Positions 1 through 9,437 of a DNA stretch of 64,000 nucleotides are shown piece after piece (position 1 is the stretch's first letter; every line of letters starts with the position of its first letter). A program made the position numbers and the translations under genes. The notes beneath the pieces were generated by a model. That model was not told where the DNA came from, ran no database searches, and saw only the letters and a program-made list of their open reading frames with translations. Origin of the DNA: a virus; IMG/VR virus record IMGVR_UViG_3300027659_000022, positions 1 through 64,000 of that record; one strand, 5' to 3'.

Positions 1-2
1 TG

Positions 3-2225
3 GGAGCATTTGGAACCACCACAGAAGGTGGTGCTGCTAACTTTGCTAGAGTTTCTAAACAGTTAAGAGCTACTGGCAGTGACTTGTACGCCTTGGGATT
101 TTCTACAGCAGAAATAAATCAAGGATTGGCCAGTTATGGTAATTTGATGAAACTGCAAGGTCAGCAAGGCAAAAAATCCAATGCAGAACTAGCTGCTGGT
201 GCAAGAAGTTATATGAAAGAACTGGATCTGTTGGCCAAGGCCACTGGTCAAAGTCGTCAGCAAGTCGAAGATCAAATGGCTGCTATGGCCAAAGATGCAC
301 AATTCCAAGCATCTATGGCTGGGTTAGGACCTCAGGTTAGAGATAGTTTTCTTGCAGTGACTACAGGATTACCTGCTGGCTTAAATGATTTTGCCAAAGA
401 TATCATGGCAACCGGAACAGCCACCACTGAAGAAAATCAAAAGCTCATGGCTATGATGCCTCAATCAGCGGCTATGTTGCAGAGAATGAATGCAAAAATG
501 CAGCGTGGCGAAGCAGTTACCTTAGAAGAAAGAAACGCCTTAAACAATCTCATGAAGCAGGAAGGCGGAAAACAATTACAGAATATGAAATATGCAGGAG
601 CAGCCAACGCTGAACTTGCAGGTACCGTGAATAAATTAGCTGCAACTCAACAGATCAATGCGAATGCACTAGTTGAAGCCACAGAAGAACAGAAAAAAGC
701 CGCTGCTGAAACTGATAAAATGAACAAAAAAATGTCAGAGTTTCAGCAGGCTATTGCACAAGTCAGCAACGATTTTAAGATGCTGCTGGCCAACAGTGGT
801 ATCTTAGATGTAATGATACAGGCATTCCACGGACTGGTAGGATTAGCCAATCAATATCTTGTGCCTGCATTTAACATAGTGGCGTCGGCGGTAATGAAAG
901 TGGCTAATGGTATAAGCATACTGTTGCAACCTGCACTGGATTATCTAGGAGAAAAATTTGGTGTAGATGGACTAGCAGGCACAGCGCAATTCCTGGACGA
1001 TGTGTTAAATGCGGTCTTTCCGATATTAGCAGGAGCCATGCGAGGAGCAATTATCGCCTTTGACGGATTGTGGAATGGAATCACAGCTGTTTTCAACCCA
1101 TTGAAAGAATTATATATCAAAATATTTGGAGTCTCAGACAGTACCAGCAAGTTCAGTGATATCCTTATTGAAGCGGGAGCGTATATTGGAGATGTATTTG
1201 AGATCTTAGGCAAGGCACTTGGATTTGTTATAGATCTTATTACCCCTATACTGGTTCCTGCAATTAAAGGCCTAATCGAGGGATTTAAATTTCTCTGGTC
1301 GGGTGTAAGAACAATTATGTATAAACTATTAAATTTTGGAGATGTGATCCAAGACGTAGGCATGTTTTTTGACAGTATGTTTGACATGATTCTTCTAGGA
1401 ATAAACAAGTTTACCTTTGGGCTTAAGGGTATCTCAGAAGAAGAATACAAGGCCCGTGAAGCACAAAGGAAAAAACAGCAGGAAGCTAATGATAAAGACC
1501 GGAAAGCTAGAGATGCTGCTAGGCTAGGAAGCCAAGAAAATGTTGAGAAGCAAAAGCAGTTGGCCAAGGAAGATGCCAAGAAATTCGGACAACGGACAAT
1601 AACACATAATCAACTTACTGCTTCGGCCCAACGCGAAGCCGCAGCCAAAGAAGCTGCGGTAAAAGCTCAAGAAAAACTCTTAGACTACACAGCTGGTCCA
1701 GAAGAACTATTGAAGCAGTTCAGTTCTAAACAAGGTGGCGCAGTTGAAATAGGCATCAAGAAAGGAGAAATCAGCAAGGAAAAAGAAGCAGCAGACAAAG
1801 AACTGGCAGCAGCAAAAACTGGTGCTGAAAAGAAAGCTGCCGCAGAAAAAATTGAAGCTGCTGAAGCCAAACTGAAAGCTTTAAGCGAGGCAGAAGCATT
1901 GGCCAAACAACGAGCTAGTACCGCACCTGCTTCAGCTAATGCAGACGCTACAAAAAAATCTATTGAAGCAGAAGCGGAAAAGAAAAAAGCAGAAGAAGAA
2001 AAGAAAAAAGCAGAAGAAGCCAGAGCCGCAGCTGCTCAATCAGATCCAAGAAGACTTGACCAACAGGCTCCTCCTAAAACTCAAGAAAACACAGAAACCT
2101 TGCTTGCGGAGTTAAATACGAAGATGGGCACACTTTTGAAATATACCTGGACAGTAGCAAACAATACCAATGAAACGGTTAATGCTACAAGAGGTCTTAC
2201 CAAAGATCTATTCAAGTCGCTGTAA
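3..2225 (+). CDS. probable tail tape-measure protein, 5'-truncated by window edge
   Basis: Frame is open from position 3, so the ORF-track start at 84 is internal. Long Ala/Gln/Lys-rich helical protein with a hydrophobic periodic mid-section and a charged coiled-coil C-terminus, typical of tape measures. Confidence 0.6.
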   Translation, partial: GAFGTTTEGGAANFARVSKQLRATGSDLYALGFSTAEINQGLASYGNLMKLQGQQGKKSNAELAAGARSYMKELDLLAKATGQSRQQVEDQMAAMAKDAQFQASMAGLGPQVRDSFLAVTTGLPAGLNDFAKDIMATGTATTEENQKLMAMMPQSAAMLQRMNAKMQRGEAVTLEERNALNNLMKQEGGKQLQNMKYAGAANAELAGTVNKLAATQQINANALVEATEEQKKAAAETDKMNKKMSEFQQAIAQVSNDFKMLLANSGILDVMIQAFHGLVGLANQYLVPAFNIVASAVMKVANGISILLQPALDYLGEKFGVDGLAGTAQFLDDVLNAVFPILAGAMRGAIIAFDGLWNGITAVFNPLKELYIKIFGVSDSTSKFSDILIEAGAYIGDVFEILGKALGFVIDLITPILVPAIKGLIEGFKFLWSGVRTIMYKLLNFGDVIQDVGMFFDSMFDMILLGINKFTFGLKGISEEEYKAREAQRKKQQEANDKDRKARDAARLGSQENVEKQKQLAKEDAKKFGQRTITHNQLTASAQREAAAKEAAVKAQEKLLDYTAGPEELLKQFSSKQGGAVEIGIKKGEISKEKEAADKELAAAKTGAEKKAAAEKIEAAEAKLKALSEAEALAKQRASTAPASANADATKKSIEAEAEKKKAEEEKKKAEEARAAAAQSDPRRLDQQAPPKTQENTETLLAELNTKMGTLLKYTWTVANNTNETVNATRGLTKDLFKSL

Positions 2226-2233
2226 GGAAAACA

Positions 2234-3940
2234 ATGAGCTGGAAAAGACATTTTACCCCTGTAAAAATTGATAACTCTAGTGGCTCTATGAGTCCAATCA
2301 GCGGCCGCGGCCGTCCTGGTCCAGCTAGAGCAAACTACTCTAGTTTCCTACCAGATGTATACGCAGGTGCACCCAATCGTGTAGAACGGTATATGCAGTA
2401 TGATACCATGGACATGGATTCAGAAGTCAATGCTGCCTTGGACATCCTCACTGAATTCTGCACACAAAAAGAAAAAGAAAATCGCACACCATTCAACACA
2501 TTTTTCAAAGGCAGTCCCACTGCCACTGAAGTAAAACTGTTGAAAGACAGTCTGCAGAAATGGAGTAAGCAGCAGCAGTTCGAAACTCGCATATTCCGTA
2601 TTTTCCGCAACGCTCTAAAATACGGTGACTGTTTCTTTGTGAGAGATCCAGAAACCAAAAAGTGGCTGTTTGTTGATGCTGCCAAAGTAACTAAGATCAT
2701 AGTCAACGAATCTGAAGGCAAGATACCCGAGCAGTATGTGATCCGTGACATCAACTTTAACTTCAAAGATATGGTGGCTGTGACTCCGCATGGTACCACA
2801 AACACAGCACCCAGCGGAACTAGTTCGTATACCACCGGCGGTGGATTTGGTCGCGGTATGGTCGGCGCAGCAGCACAACCCCCCGGCACTAGATTCAGCA
2901 ACCAGACCAATGAAGTTACTATAGATGCCAAACATGTGGTGCATATTAGTATGAGCGAAGGACTGGATAACAATTATCCTTTTGGCAATTCAATTCTAGA
3001 ATCAGTGTTCAAAGTCTACAAGCAGAAAGAATTATTAGAAGACGCGATCATCATTTATCGTATACAACGTGCTCCTGAAAGACGTATTTTCTATGTAGAC
3101 GTAGGTAACATGCCAGCACACATGGCTATGAGCTTTGTTGAGCGTGTTAAAAACGAAATCCAACAGCGCCGTATTCCTTCATCCACAGGAGGTGGCGCGA
3201 ATGTCATAGACGCTTCATACAATCCATTGAGCGTCAACGAAGACTACTTCTTCCCACAGACCGCAGAAGGTCGAGGAAGTAAAGTTGAAACATTACCAGG
3301 AGGCACTAACCTTGGAGAAATTACAGATCTGCGTTATTTTACTAACAAATTGTTTAGGGCTTTACGCATACCTAGTTCATATCTTCCTACGGCCATAGAT
3401 GAACAGCCCAACACCATGGCAGATGGCAAGGTTGGTACTGCCTACATACAAGAACTGAGATTCAACGAATACTGTAAACGTTTACAGTCAATGATCGTAG
3501 AAACTTTTGATCTAGAATTCAAACTATGGTTAAACGCACAGGGCATCAACATAGACAATGGTCTATTTGAATTGAAATTTAACTCACCGCAGAACTTTGC
3601 TGCTTACCGTCAATCAGAACTGGACACAGCTAGAGCCGCAACATTCAGCCAGGTCATAGCTATTCCGCATCTCAGCAAGAGATTCGCCATGAAACGTTTC
3701 CTAGGACTCAGCGAAGAAGAAATCAAAGAAAACGAAAAGCTATGGAGAGAAGAAAACGGCACAGTTCTTAAACCAGATATGGATGCGCAGAGCCAGTTGA
3801 GAAGTGTAGGAGTCTCAGCGGGTGGAATGGCCGCAGACGCAGCAGCACAGACCGCAGAAGCACCCCCAGACATGGCAGCCGCCGCAGAAGCAGATGCAGA
3901 AGGCACAGAAGCAGCAACACCAGAAGCACCAGTTCAATAA
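2234..3940 (+). CDS. gp20: portal vertex protein (T4 gp20-like)
   Basis: Motifs LEDAIIIYRIQRAPERRIFYVDVGNMP, EDYFFP, GRGSKVETLPGG, YFTNKLFRALRIP; AGGA SD upstream. Confidence 0.96.
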   Translation: MSWKRHFTPVKIDNSSGSMSPISGRGRPGPARANYSSFLPDVYAGAPNRVERYMQYDTMDMDSEVNAALDILTEFCTQKEKENRTPFNTFFKGSPTATEVKLLKDSLQKWSKQQQFETRIFRIFRNALKYGDCFFVRDPETKKWLFVDAAKVTKIIVNESEGKIPEQYVIRDINFNFKDMVAVTPHGTTNTAPSGTSSYTTGGGFGRGMVGAAAQPPGTRFSNQTNEVTIDAKHVVHISMSEGLDNNYPFGNSILESVFKVYKQKELLEDAIIIYRIQRAPERRIFYVDVGNMPAHMAMSFVERVKNEIQQRRIPSSTGGGANVIDASYNPLSVNEDYFFPQTAEGRGSKVETLPGGTNLGEITDLRYFTNKLFRALRIPSSYLPTAIDEQPNTMADGKVGTAYIQELRFNEYCKRLQSMIVETFDLEFKLWLNAQGINIDNGLFELKFNSPQNFAAYRQSELDTARAATFSQVIAIPHLSKRFAMKRFLGLSEEEIKENEKLWREENGTVLKPDMDAQSQLRSVGVSAGGMAADAAAQTAEAPPDMAAAAEADAEGTEAATPEAPVQ

Positions 3941-3946
3941 TAAATA
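3941..3946 (+). promoter_or_regulatory. T4-type late promoter core (TAAATA), 4 nt before ATG 3951
   Basis: AATAAATACATTATG; no SD. Confidence 0.6.
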
Positions 3947-3950
3947 CATT

Positions 3951-4193
3951 ATGCTTCTAAACGAATTTTTTTATTTTAACGAAAAAAACAACGACTTTGC
4001 CAATGATCGTAGATATGATGCTGGCAGAGATTCATCAGTTGTGAAGAAAAGTGACACTAGAAAAATACGTTTGACCCTACGGCAGATCAATCAATTGAGA
4101 CTACAGGCAGAAGCACATCAAGTAGAATCAGAGTCAGAACTGGGATTTATCAGGCAAATGTATGCAACCCCAGCAGAAGCACCTGCAGCATAA
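3951..4193 (+). CDS. small hypothetical head-module protein (MLLNEFF...)
   Basis: Start re-called to ATG 3951 after the portal stop and TAAATA box; DTRKIRLTLRQINQLR helix; lies between portal and prohead core genes. Confidence 0.65.
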   Translation: MLLNEFFYFNEKNNDFANDRRYDAGRDSSVVKKSDTRKIRLTLRQINQLRLQAEAHQVESESELGFIRQMYATPAEAPAA

Positions 4194-4809
4194 TCCTGCA
4201 TTCGTCATAGGCAACGGCACTAGCAGACTGAAATTAAATCATCTCAGTGCAATGGATCGTGGCATAGTATATGGCTGTAATGCACAGTACAGAGAATATG
4301 CTCCACACTATTTGATAGCGGTGGATGTGAAAATGGTGAACGAAATCATAGGTGCAGGCTATCACAAAAAGCATCAGGTCTGGACTAATCCCAACAAAGG
4401 TATCAGCACCAAACACAATATCAACTTCTTTTCGCCTCACAAAGGTTGGAGTTCAGGACCCACAGCTCTGTGGTTCGCTGCTACACAAGGTCACAAAGAT
4501 ATCTATATATTTGGCTTTGATTATCAAGGCGACAACGGCAAATTCAACAATGTGTATGCCAACACTCACAACTATAAAAAAAGTTCGGACAGCGCCACTT
4601 ACTATGGCAATTGGCTGAGCCAAACTGAAAAAACCATCAAAGAATTTAGGCACGTGAAATTTTTTAGAGTGGCAGATCCTGGTGCATTCATACCAGACAA
4701 ACTAGGCCCAACACTGTCAAACCTTAGTCACATCACCTTTGAGGATTTTGACAGAACGTTTCCGGGCACTATATATTCCAATCAAATCAATCAAAAAACT
4801 ACCATTTAA
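4162..4809 (+). CDS. DUF115/MptE-like (GT29 sialyltransferase-like Rossmann) protein
   Basis: AFVIGNGTSR, YGCNA, AVD, SSGPTAL and IYIFGFD motifs; exact start uncertain. Confidence 0.6.
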   Translation: MQPQQKHLQHNPAFVIGNGTSRLKLNHLSAMDRGIVYGCNAQYREYAPHYLIAVDVKMVNEIIGAGYHKKHQVWTNPNKGISTKHNINFFSPHKGWSSGPTALWFAATQGHKDIYIFGFDYQGDNGKFNNVYANTHNYKKSSDSATYYGNWLSQTEKTIKEFRHVKFFRVADPGAFIPDKLGPTLSNLSHITFEDFDRTFPGTIYSNQINQKTTI

Positions 4810-4872
4810 CCCTAGTTTGTAATCTTAGTGTTAAATAACTTACAGCCTTGACTATATAAAGGAGAACATAAC

Positions 4873-5697
4873 ATGGCAGACAAACAACTGTTGCAACAGA
4901 TGCTTGAGCATCTTGTGAACGACGATCAAGCGAAAGCTGAAGAATTATTCCACGAGTACGTGGTACAACAATCCCGTGAAATCTACGAATCTTTAATTGA
5001 CAGTGAAATCGCTGAAGAAAAAGATGCAGATGACGAGGATGTAGATGAAGCTGCAAAAGATGATGATGCAGAAGACGAAAAAGTAGACGAAGAATTTGAA
5101 GACATTGCTATCGAAGCTGATGACGAGGATCCAGATATGATGGGCGGTGACCCTACAGATGACCTAGAAGGTGATCTAGAAATGGGCGACGACGACATGG
5201 AAGAAAAGTCCGAAGAAGAACTATTCCAAGACCTAGACAGCATTGTTGATGAACTACAGGCTAAATTTGATGAACTCAAAGGTGGTGATGACATGAGCGA
5301 CATGGGCGGCGATGACATGGGCGGCATGGACGATAAAATGAAAGATGATTTCGATCTTGAAACCGTGCGTGAATACGTGGAAAAAGTTGCTCCTGCAAAA
5401 ATGGGCGACAACGGTGTCAATAACAAATCAATCGTAGCTGGTAAGAATGACATGGGCGGTACAACTGCCAACATTCTCAGCGGCAAAAATGGCACGCCTG
5501 GATCAGAAACAGGCGAACTTAAAGGTTCCGGACTGTTGAAAGGCAAGCCCACTGAAGATAATGCTGGTAACATCAATGTCCCAGGTGCTAAGAACGGGAA
5601 TGCTTTCTCTAAGAAAGAACCTGGACATGGTGCTGAGAAAGCTGGTTCTAAAGAATCCGCTGACAACAAGCAAAGCCTTTTCCGTGGTCGTAGATAA
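4873..5697 (+). CDS. acidic prohead core/scaffolding protein (gp67/gp68-like role)
   Basis: Very Asp/Glu-rich and immediately upstream of the prohead protease; GGAGA SD at 4861 and TAAATA at 4832. Confidence 0.65.
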   Translation: MADKQLLQQMLEHLVNDDQAKAEELFHEYVVQQSREIYESLIDSEIAEEKDADDEDVDEAAKDDDAEDEKVDEEFEDIAIEADDEDPDMMGGDPTDDLEGDLEMGDDDMEEKSEEELFQDLDSIVDELQAKFDELKGGDDMSDMGGDDMGGMDDKMKDDFDLETVREYVEKVAPAKMGDNGVNNKSIVAGKNDMGGTTANILSGKNGTPGSETGELKGSGLLKGKPTEDNAGNINVPGAKNGNAFSKKEPGHGAEKAGSKESADNKQSLFRGRR

Positions 5698-5709
5698 TAG
5701 GATCAAACG

Positions 5710-6342
5710 GTGAAGAAACTTACGCTAGCAGAACATTTGAGTTACGATCAGGCTAAGATTGTCTTGGAGAGCGAAGAAGGCAGCGACGGTAAAAAGTCGC
5801 TGCATTTAAACGGTATTTGCATTCAGGGAGACATCCGCAATGCAAACCAACGTGTTTATTCTTCTCAAGAAATTGGCAAGGCTGTCAAAACGCTCAACGA
5901 GCAGATCGCTGGTGGTTACTCTGTGCTGGGAGAAGTTGATCACCCACAGGATTTGAAAATCAATCTAGATCGTGTTAGTCATATGATTACCAAGATGTGG
6001 ATGGACGGTCCTAACGGCTACGGAAAACTTAAAATACTTCCAACTCCCATGGGTCAGTTGATTCAGACCATGTTGGAGTCGGGAGTTAAACTCGGCGTCA
6101 GCTCCAGAGGCAGTGGCGAAGTTGACAGCGACGGCAAAGTACAAGGATTTGAGATCATCACAGTAGATGTAGTGGCTCAACCCAGCGCACCTGGCGCTTA
6201 TCCTACACCAGTGTATGAACACCTAATGAATAACACAGGCGGTTATCAGGCCTACCAAATGGCACAACAAGTCCAAGGCGACCCACAGGCACAAAAATAC
6301 CTAGCAGAGAGTCTGAAACGCATAATTTCAGGTCTCAAATAA
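5710..6342 (+). CDS. gp21: prohead core protease (T4 gp21-like)
   Basis: N-x-N-x-R-x-Y, GEVDHP, VSH, LGVSSRGSG and DVVAQPSAP motifs; GTG start. Confidence 0.95.
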   Translation: MKKLTLAEHLSYDQAKIVLESEEGSDGKKSLHLNGICIQGDIRNANQRVYSSQEIGKAVKTLNEQIAGGYSVLGEVDHPQDLKINLDRVSHMITKMWMDGPNGYGKLKILPTPMGQLIQTMLESGVKLGVSSRGSGEVDSDGKVQGFEIITVDVVAQPSAPGAYPTPVYEHLMNNTGGYQAYQMAQQVQGDPQAQKYLAESLKRIISGLK

Positions 6343-6355
6343 CAAGGAGAATCAC

Positions 6356-7450
6356 ATGTTAGATATCGTAAAACAGTTGTTCGAAAACAATGTGATTTCC
6401 GAGGAAATCAAATCGGAAATTGAATCCGCTTGGAATAGCAGAATTCAAGAAAACCGTGATGAAGTCACTGCTACACTACGTGAAGAATTTGCACAGAAAT
6501 ACGAACACGACAAAGGCGCTATGGTAGAAGCTGTTGAAGCTATGCTAACAGATCGCCTACAAGCAGAACTAGGCGAGCTTGCAGAAGACCGTCAGGGCCT
6601 GATTGAAGCTCGTGCCAAGTATCACAAGAAAATGAAGGACGATGCCAAAGCAATGGAATCATTCGTGCTTCAAAATCTCAAGAAAGAACTTGCAGAACTA
6701 CACGAAGATCGCAAAGCAGTAGCTGGCAATGTTGAAAAGTTAGAATCTTTTATCGTGGATGCACTAGCGAAAGAAATCGCAGAATTCCACACTGACAAGA
6801 AAGATTTGGCCGAAACCAAAGTAAAATTGGTTCGTGAAAGCAAGGCCAAGTTTGAACAGATCAAGAAAGATTTCGTAGCACGTTCAGCTAAAATCATTGA
6901 AGAAACAGTCGCAAAAGGACTGCGTTCCGAAATGACTCAGCTGCGTGAAGACATTGAAGCTGCTCGCAGAAATGACTTTGGTCGCAGAATTTTTGAAAGC
7001 TTCGCCAGCGAATACGCTGCAAGTCATCTAAATGAGAAATCCGAAACAGCTAAACTATTGAAAGTAGTTGCGGTCAAGGAATCAGAATTAGAAGAAGCAG
7101 CTAAAGTTGTTGCAGAAACACAATCACTAGTAGAAAACAAAGAACGTGAACTACGCATCATTAAAGAAAGCAGCCAACGCAAGGAAGTTATGAGCGAATT
7201 GCTAGGCCCGTTGACCGGTGACAAGCGTGAAGTAATGGGCAGTCTACTAGAATCAGTACAGACAGAAAAGCTACGTACAGCTTTCGACAAGTATATCAGT
7301 TCAGTGATGAACGGTGCTACCCCGGCGAAGAAAGTACTATCTGAAGGCAAAGAAATCACAGGCGACAAAGCACAGGCACAACAATTCAGCAGTGAAGAAA
7401 AAACCGCTGAAATATTTGACATCCGCAGGCTTGCGGGACTAAAAGTTTAA
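6356..7450 (+). CDS. gp22: major prohead scaffolding protein (T4 gp22-like)
   Basis: Long Glu/Lys coiled coil between protease and capsid genes; AGGAG SD. Confidence 0.85.
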   Translation: MLDIVKQLFENNVISEEIKSEIESAWNSRIQENRDEVTATLREEFAQKYEHDKGAMVEAVEAMLTDRLQAELGELAEDRQGLIEARAKYHKKMKDDAKAMESFVLQNLKKELAELHEDRKAVAGNVEKLESFIVDALAKEIAEFHTDKKDLAETKVKLVRESKAKFEQIKKDFVARSAKIIEETVAKGLRSEMTQLREDIEAARRNDFGRRIFESFASEYAASHLNEKSETAKLLKVVAVKESELEEAAKVVAETQSLVENKERELRIIKESSQRKEVMSELLGPLTGDKREVMGSLLESVQTEKLRTAFDKYISSVMNGATPAKKVLSEGKEITGDKAQAQQFSSEEKTAEIFDIRRLAGLKV

Positions 7451-7461
7451 GGAGAACTATA

Positions 7462-8634
7462 ATGTCACAATTACTCGAGTCACGCTGGTCGGAAACCAAA
7501 GAGGCACTGTTAGAAGGTCTTCAAGGTAACAAGCGTTCAGTAATGGCAACTACTCTAGAAAATACCCGCAAGTATTTGTCAGAGAGTGCTACTGCTGGAG
7601 CTACATCCGCCGGTAACGTTGCAACCCTAAATCGTGTGATCCTACCAGTGATCAGACGTGTGATGCCTACGGTCATCGCTAATGAACTAGTTGGTGTACA
7701 ACCACTAACTGGACCAGTTGGACAGATCCACACCCTACGTGTTCGTTATTCTGATACATTCTCAGGCGGCGCAGGCGGATCTACTACAGCCGGTGAAGAG
7801 GCATTAAGCCCATTCAAGATCGCTGAAGGCTATTCTGGAGCATCTCCAGGTAAGCCAGCTAGCACTGCTGCACTAGAAGGTGTTGCTGGCAACAAACTAA
7901 GCATTCAGATCTTGAAACAAACAGTTGAAGCCAAGACACGTAAGTTGTCAGCTCGCTGGACTTTTGAAGCTGCTCAAGATGCACAAGCCCAACAAGGCAT
8001 TGACATCGAAGCAGAAATCATGGCTGCTCTTGCACAAGAGATCACAGCTGAGATCGATCAAGAAGTTCTACGTAGCCTATCAACACTAGCTGGTACTGCT
8101 GCATTAACATACGACCAAGCTGCTGTTTCTGGTACAGCTACATTTGTTGGTGACGAACATGCTGCACTAGCTGTTCAGATCAATCGTGTTGCTAACTTGA
8201 TCGCTCAGCGTACACGTCGTGGTGCTGGTAACTACGCTGTAGTTTCCCCAACAACATTGACACTGCTGCAGTCTGCAACTACCAGTGCATTTGCTCGTAC
8301 AACAGAAGGTACATTCGAAGCACCTACAAACACCAAGTTTGTTGGTACATTGAATTCAGCAATGAAAGTATATGTTAACTCATATGCAGAAAATGATGAT
8401 GTGTTGATTGGTTACAAAGGCGGATCAGAAAGTGATGCACCTGCATTCTATTGCCCATACATTCCATTGATGAGCAGTGGTGTTGTTCTTGACCCAGCAA
8501 CTTTTGAACCAGTAGTTTCTTTCATGACACGTTATGGTTATGTTGAGCTAACAAACACAGCTTCTTCTCTAGGTAACGCAGCTGATTACCTAGGTAAAGT
8601 TGGTGTAACAAGCGCAAATCTACGTTTCGCCTAA
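7462..8634 (+). CDS. gp23: major capsid protein (T4 gp23-like)
   Basis: VGVQPLTGPVGQI, VEAKTRKLSARWTFEAAQD, FYCPYIPL, FMTRYG; AGGAG SD. Confidence 0.97.
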   Translation: MSQLLESRWSETKEALLEGLQGNKRSVMATTLENTRKYLSESATAGATSAGNVATLNRVILPVIRRVMPTVIANELVGVQPLTGPVGQIHTLRVRYSDTFSGGAGGSTTAGEEALSPFKIAEGYSGASPGKPASTAALEGVAGNKLSIQILKQTVEAKTRKLSARWTFEAAQDAQAQQGIDIEAEIMAALAQEITAEIDQEVLRSLSTLAGTAALTYDQAAVSGTATFVGDEHAALAVQINRVANLIAQRTRRGAGNYAVVSPTTLTLLQSATTSAFARTTEGTFEAPTNTKFVGTLNSAMKVYVNSYAENDDVLIGYKGGSESDAPAFYCPYIPLMSSGVVLDPATFEPVVSFMTRYGYVELTNTASSLGNAADYLGKVGVTSANLRFA

Positions 8635-8657
8635 TCCGCAAAACGTTTGCAAACTTC

Positions 8658-8685
8658 AAAAAGGCTCTTCGGAGCCTTTTTGTTT
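8658..8685 (+). terminator. Rho-independent terminator after capsid gene
   Basis: AAAAAGGCTC-TTCG-GAGCCTTTTT stem with C(UUCG)G loop and U-tract. Confidence 0.9.
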
Positions 8686-8689
8686 GACG

Positions 8690-8695
8690 TAAATA
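8690..8695 (+). promoter_or_regulatory. late promoter TAAATA-N5-ATG
   Basis: TAAATA ACTTA ATG(8701); no SD. Confidence 0.65.
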
Positions 8696-8700
8696 ACTTA

Positions 8701-8970
8701 ATGCAGGTAACCAGCGATCAAGATTTCTCCCAGTTGCGCAGACATATTAATCAATGGCGCACAAGATTTCCTATGTTTGCTACCGATGTTCAACAGATTG
8801 AACGCATGGTAGAACAGCACATCGTAGAGTTCAGCAACGCTGGTATACGCTACAGACAAACGCACAGGCGCAGCCATCTAGAACAGGCACAGCGAGAACT
8901 AGATGAAATAAACCGAATCGTTGCTACTGTGGAAAAAATGGAACTGATGAGTCTGCTGAGCCGCGGATAA
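8701..8970 (+). CDS. hypothetical helical protein
   Basis: Start re-called to ATG 8701 because the ORF-track start runs through the terminator. Confidence 0.6.
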   Translation: MQVTSDQDFSQLRRHINQWRTRFPMFATDVQQIERMVEQHIVEFSNAGIRYRQTHRRSHLEQAQRELDEINRIVATVEKMELMSLLSRG

Positions 8971-8978
8971 ATAAAGTA

Positions 8979-9017
8979 TCTAGAAGAATTATGCGGTACC
9001 CGCCGCGTAGACCTAGA
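8979..9017 (+). promoter_or_regulatory. 5'-leader hairpin downstream of late promoter 8968-8973
   Basis: TCTAG/CTAGA outer stem and TATGCGG/CCGCGTA inner stem. Confidence 0.45.
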
Positions 9018-9040
9018 ACGTCAAACACAAGGAGAAACAA

Positions 9041-9424
9041 ATGGGACGTCCAGTAAAAAAAGATAAAAACGGTACGGTTGTATTTGGAGATTATACCACC
9101 ACCGACGTTGGTATTAAATGTGAAGCCTATATAGGCGGAAGTAATCAAACAGATGTTTTCATTGTCCAACAAAGAGGATCAAGCAGATATCTAGTACAAG
9201 ATAAATCTGCCGGTACAAAAGTAATTGCAAAACTAGTTGCAGGTACACCAGCAGCTGTTGGAGAAATGAGGATCACTGCTTTTACAGCAGGTGGCCCTGA
9301 TGCATCAGCAACATACATACGAAAACTTACTAAGAAAATTGCTATAGATTTCAGCGGAAACAGATATTCGTGGTTCTTAGATAACGACTCATCTGGTGAT
9401 CAGTTGATTATTGCTCCATTTTAA
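9041..9424 (+). CDS. hypothetical virion structural protein
   Basis: AGGAG SD; first gene of the tail/fibre block; beta-rich composition. Confidence 0.6.
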   Translation: MGRPVKKDKNGTVVFGDYTTTDVGIKCEAYIGGSNQTDVFIVQQRGSSRYLVQDKSAGTKVIAKLVAGTPAAVGEMRITAFTAGGPDASATYIRKLTKKIAIDFSGNRYSWFLDNDSSGDQLIIAPF

Positions 9425-9437
9425 TATAGGATCGTAA

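Noticed and set aside
1978-2019. 21-bp tandem repeat (AAGAAAAAAGCAGAAGAAG core)
   Set aside because: In-frame KKKAEE coiled-coil duplication; not a CRISPR or regulatory repeat.
8991-9056. Arg/Pro-rich uORF MRYPPRRPRTSNTRRNKWDVQ overlapping the 9041 start
   Set aside because: No SD and the ATG is buried in the hairpin; the composition is explained by the GC-rich stem.
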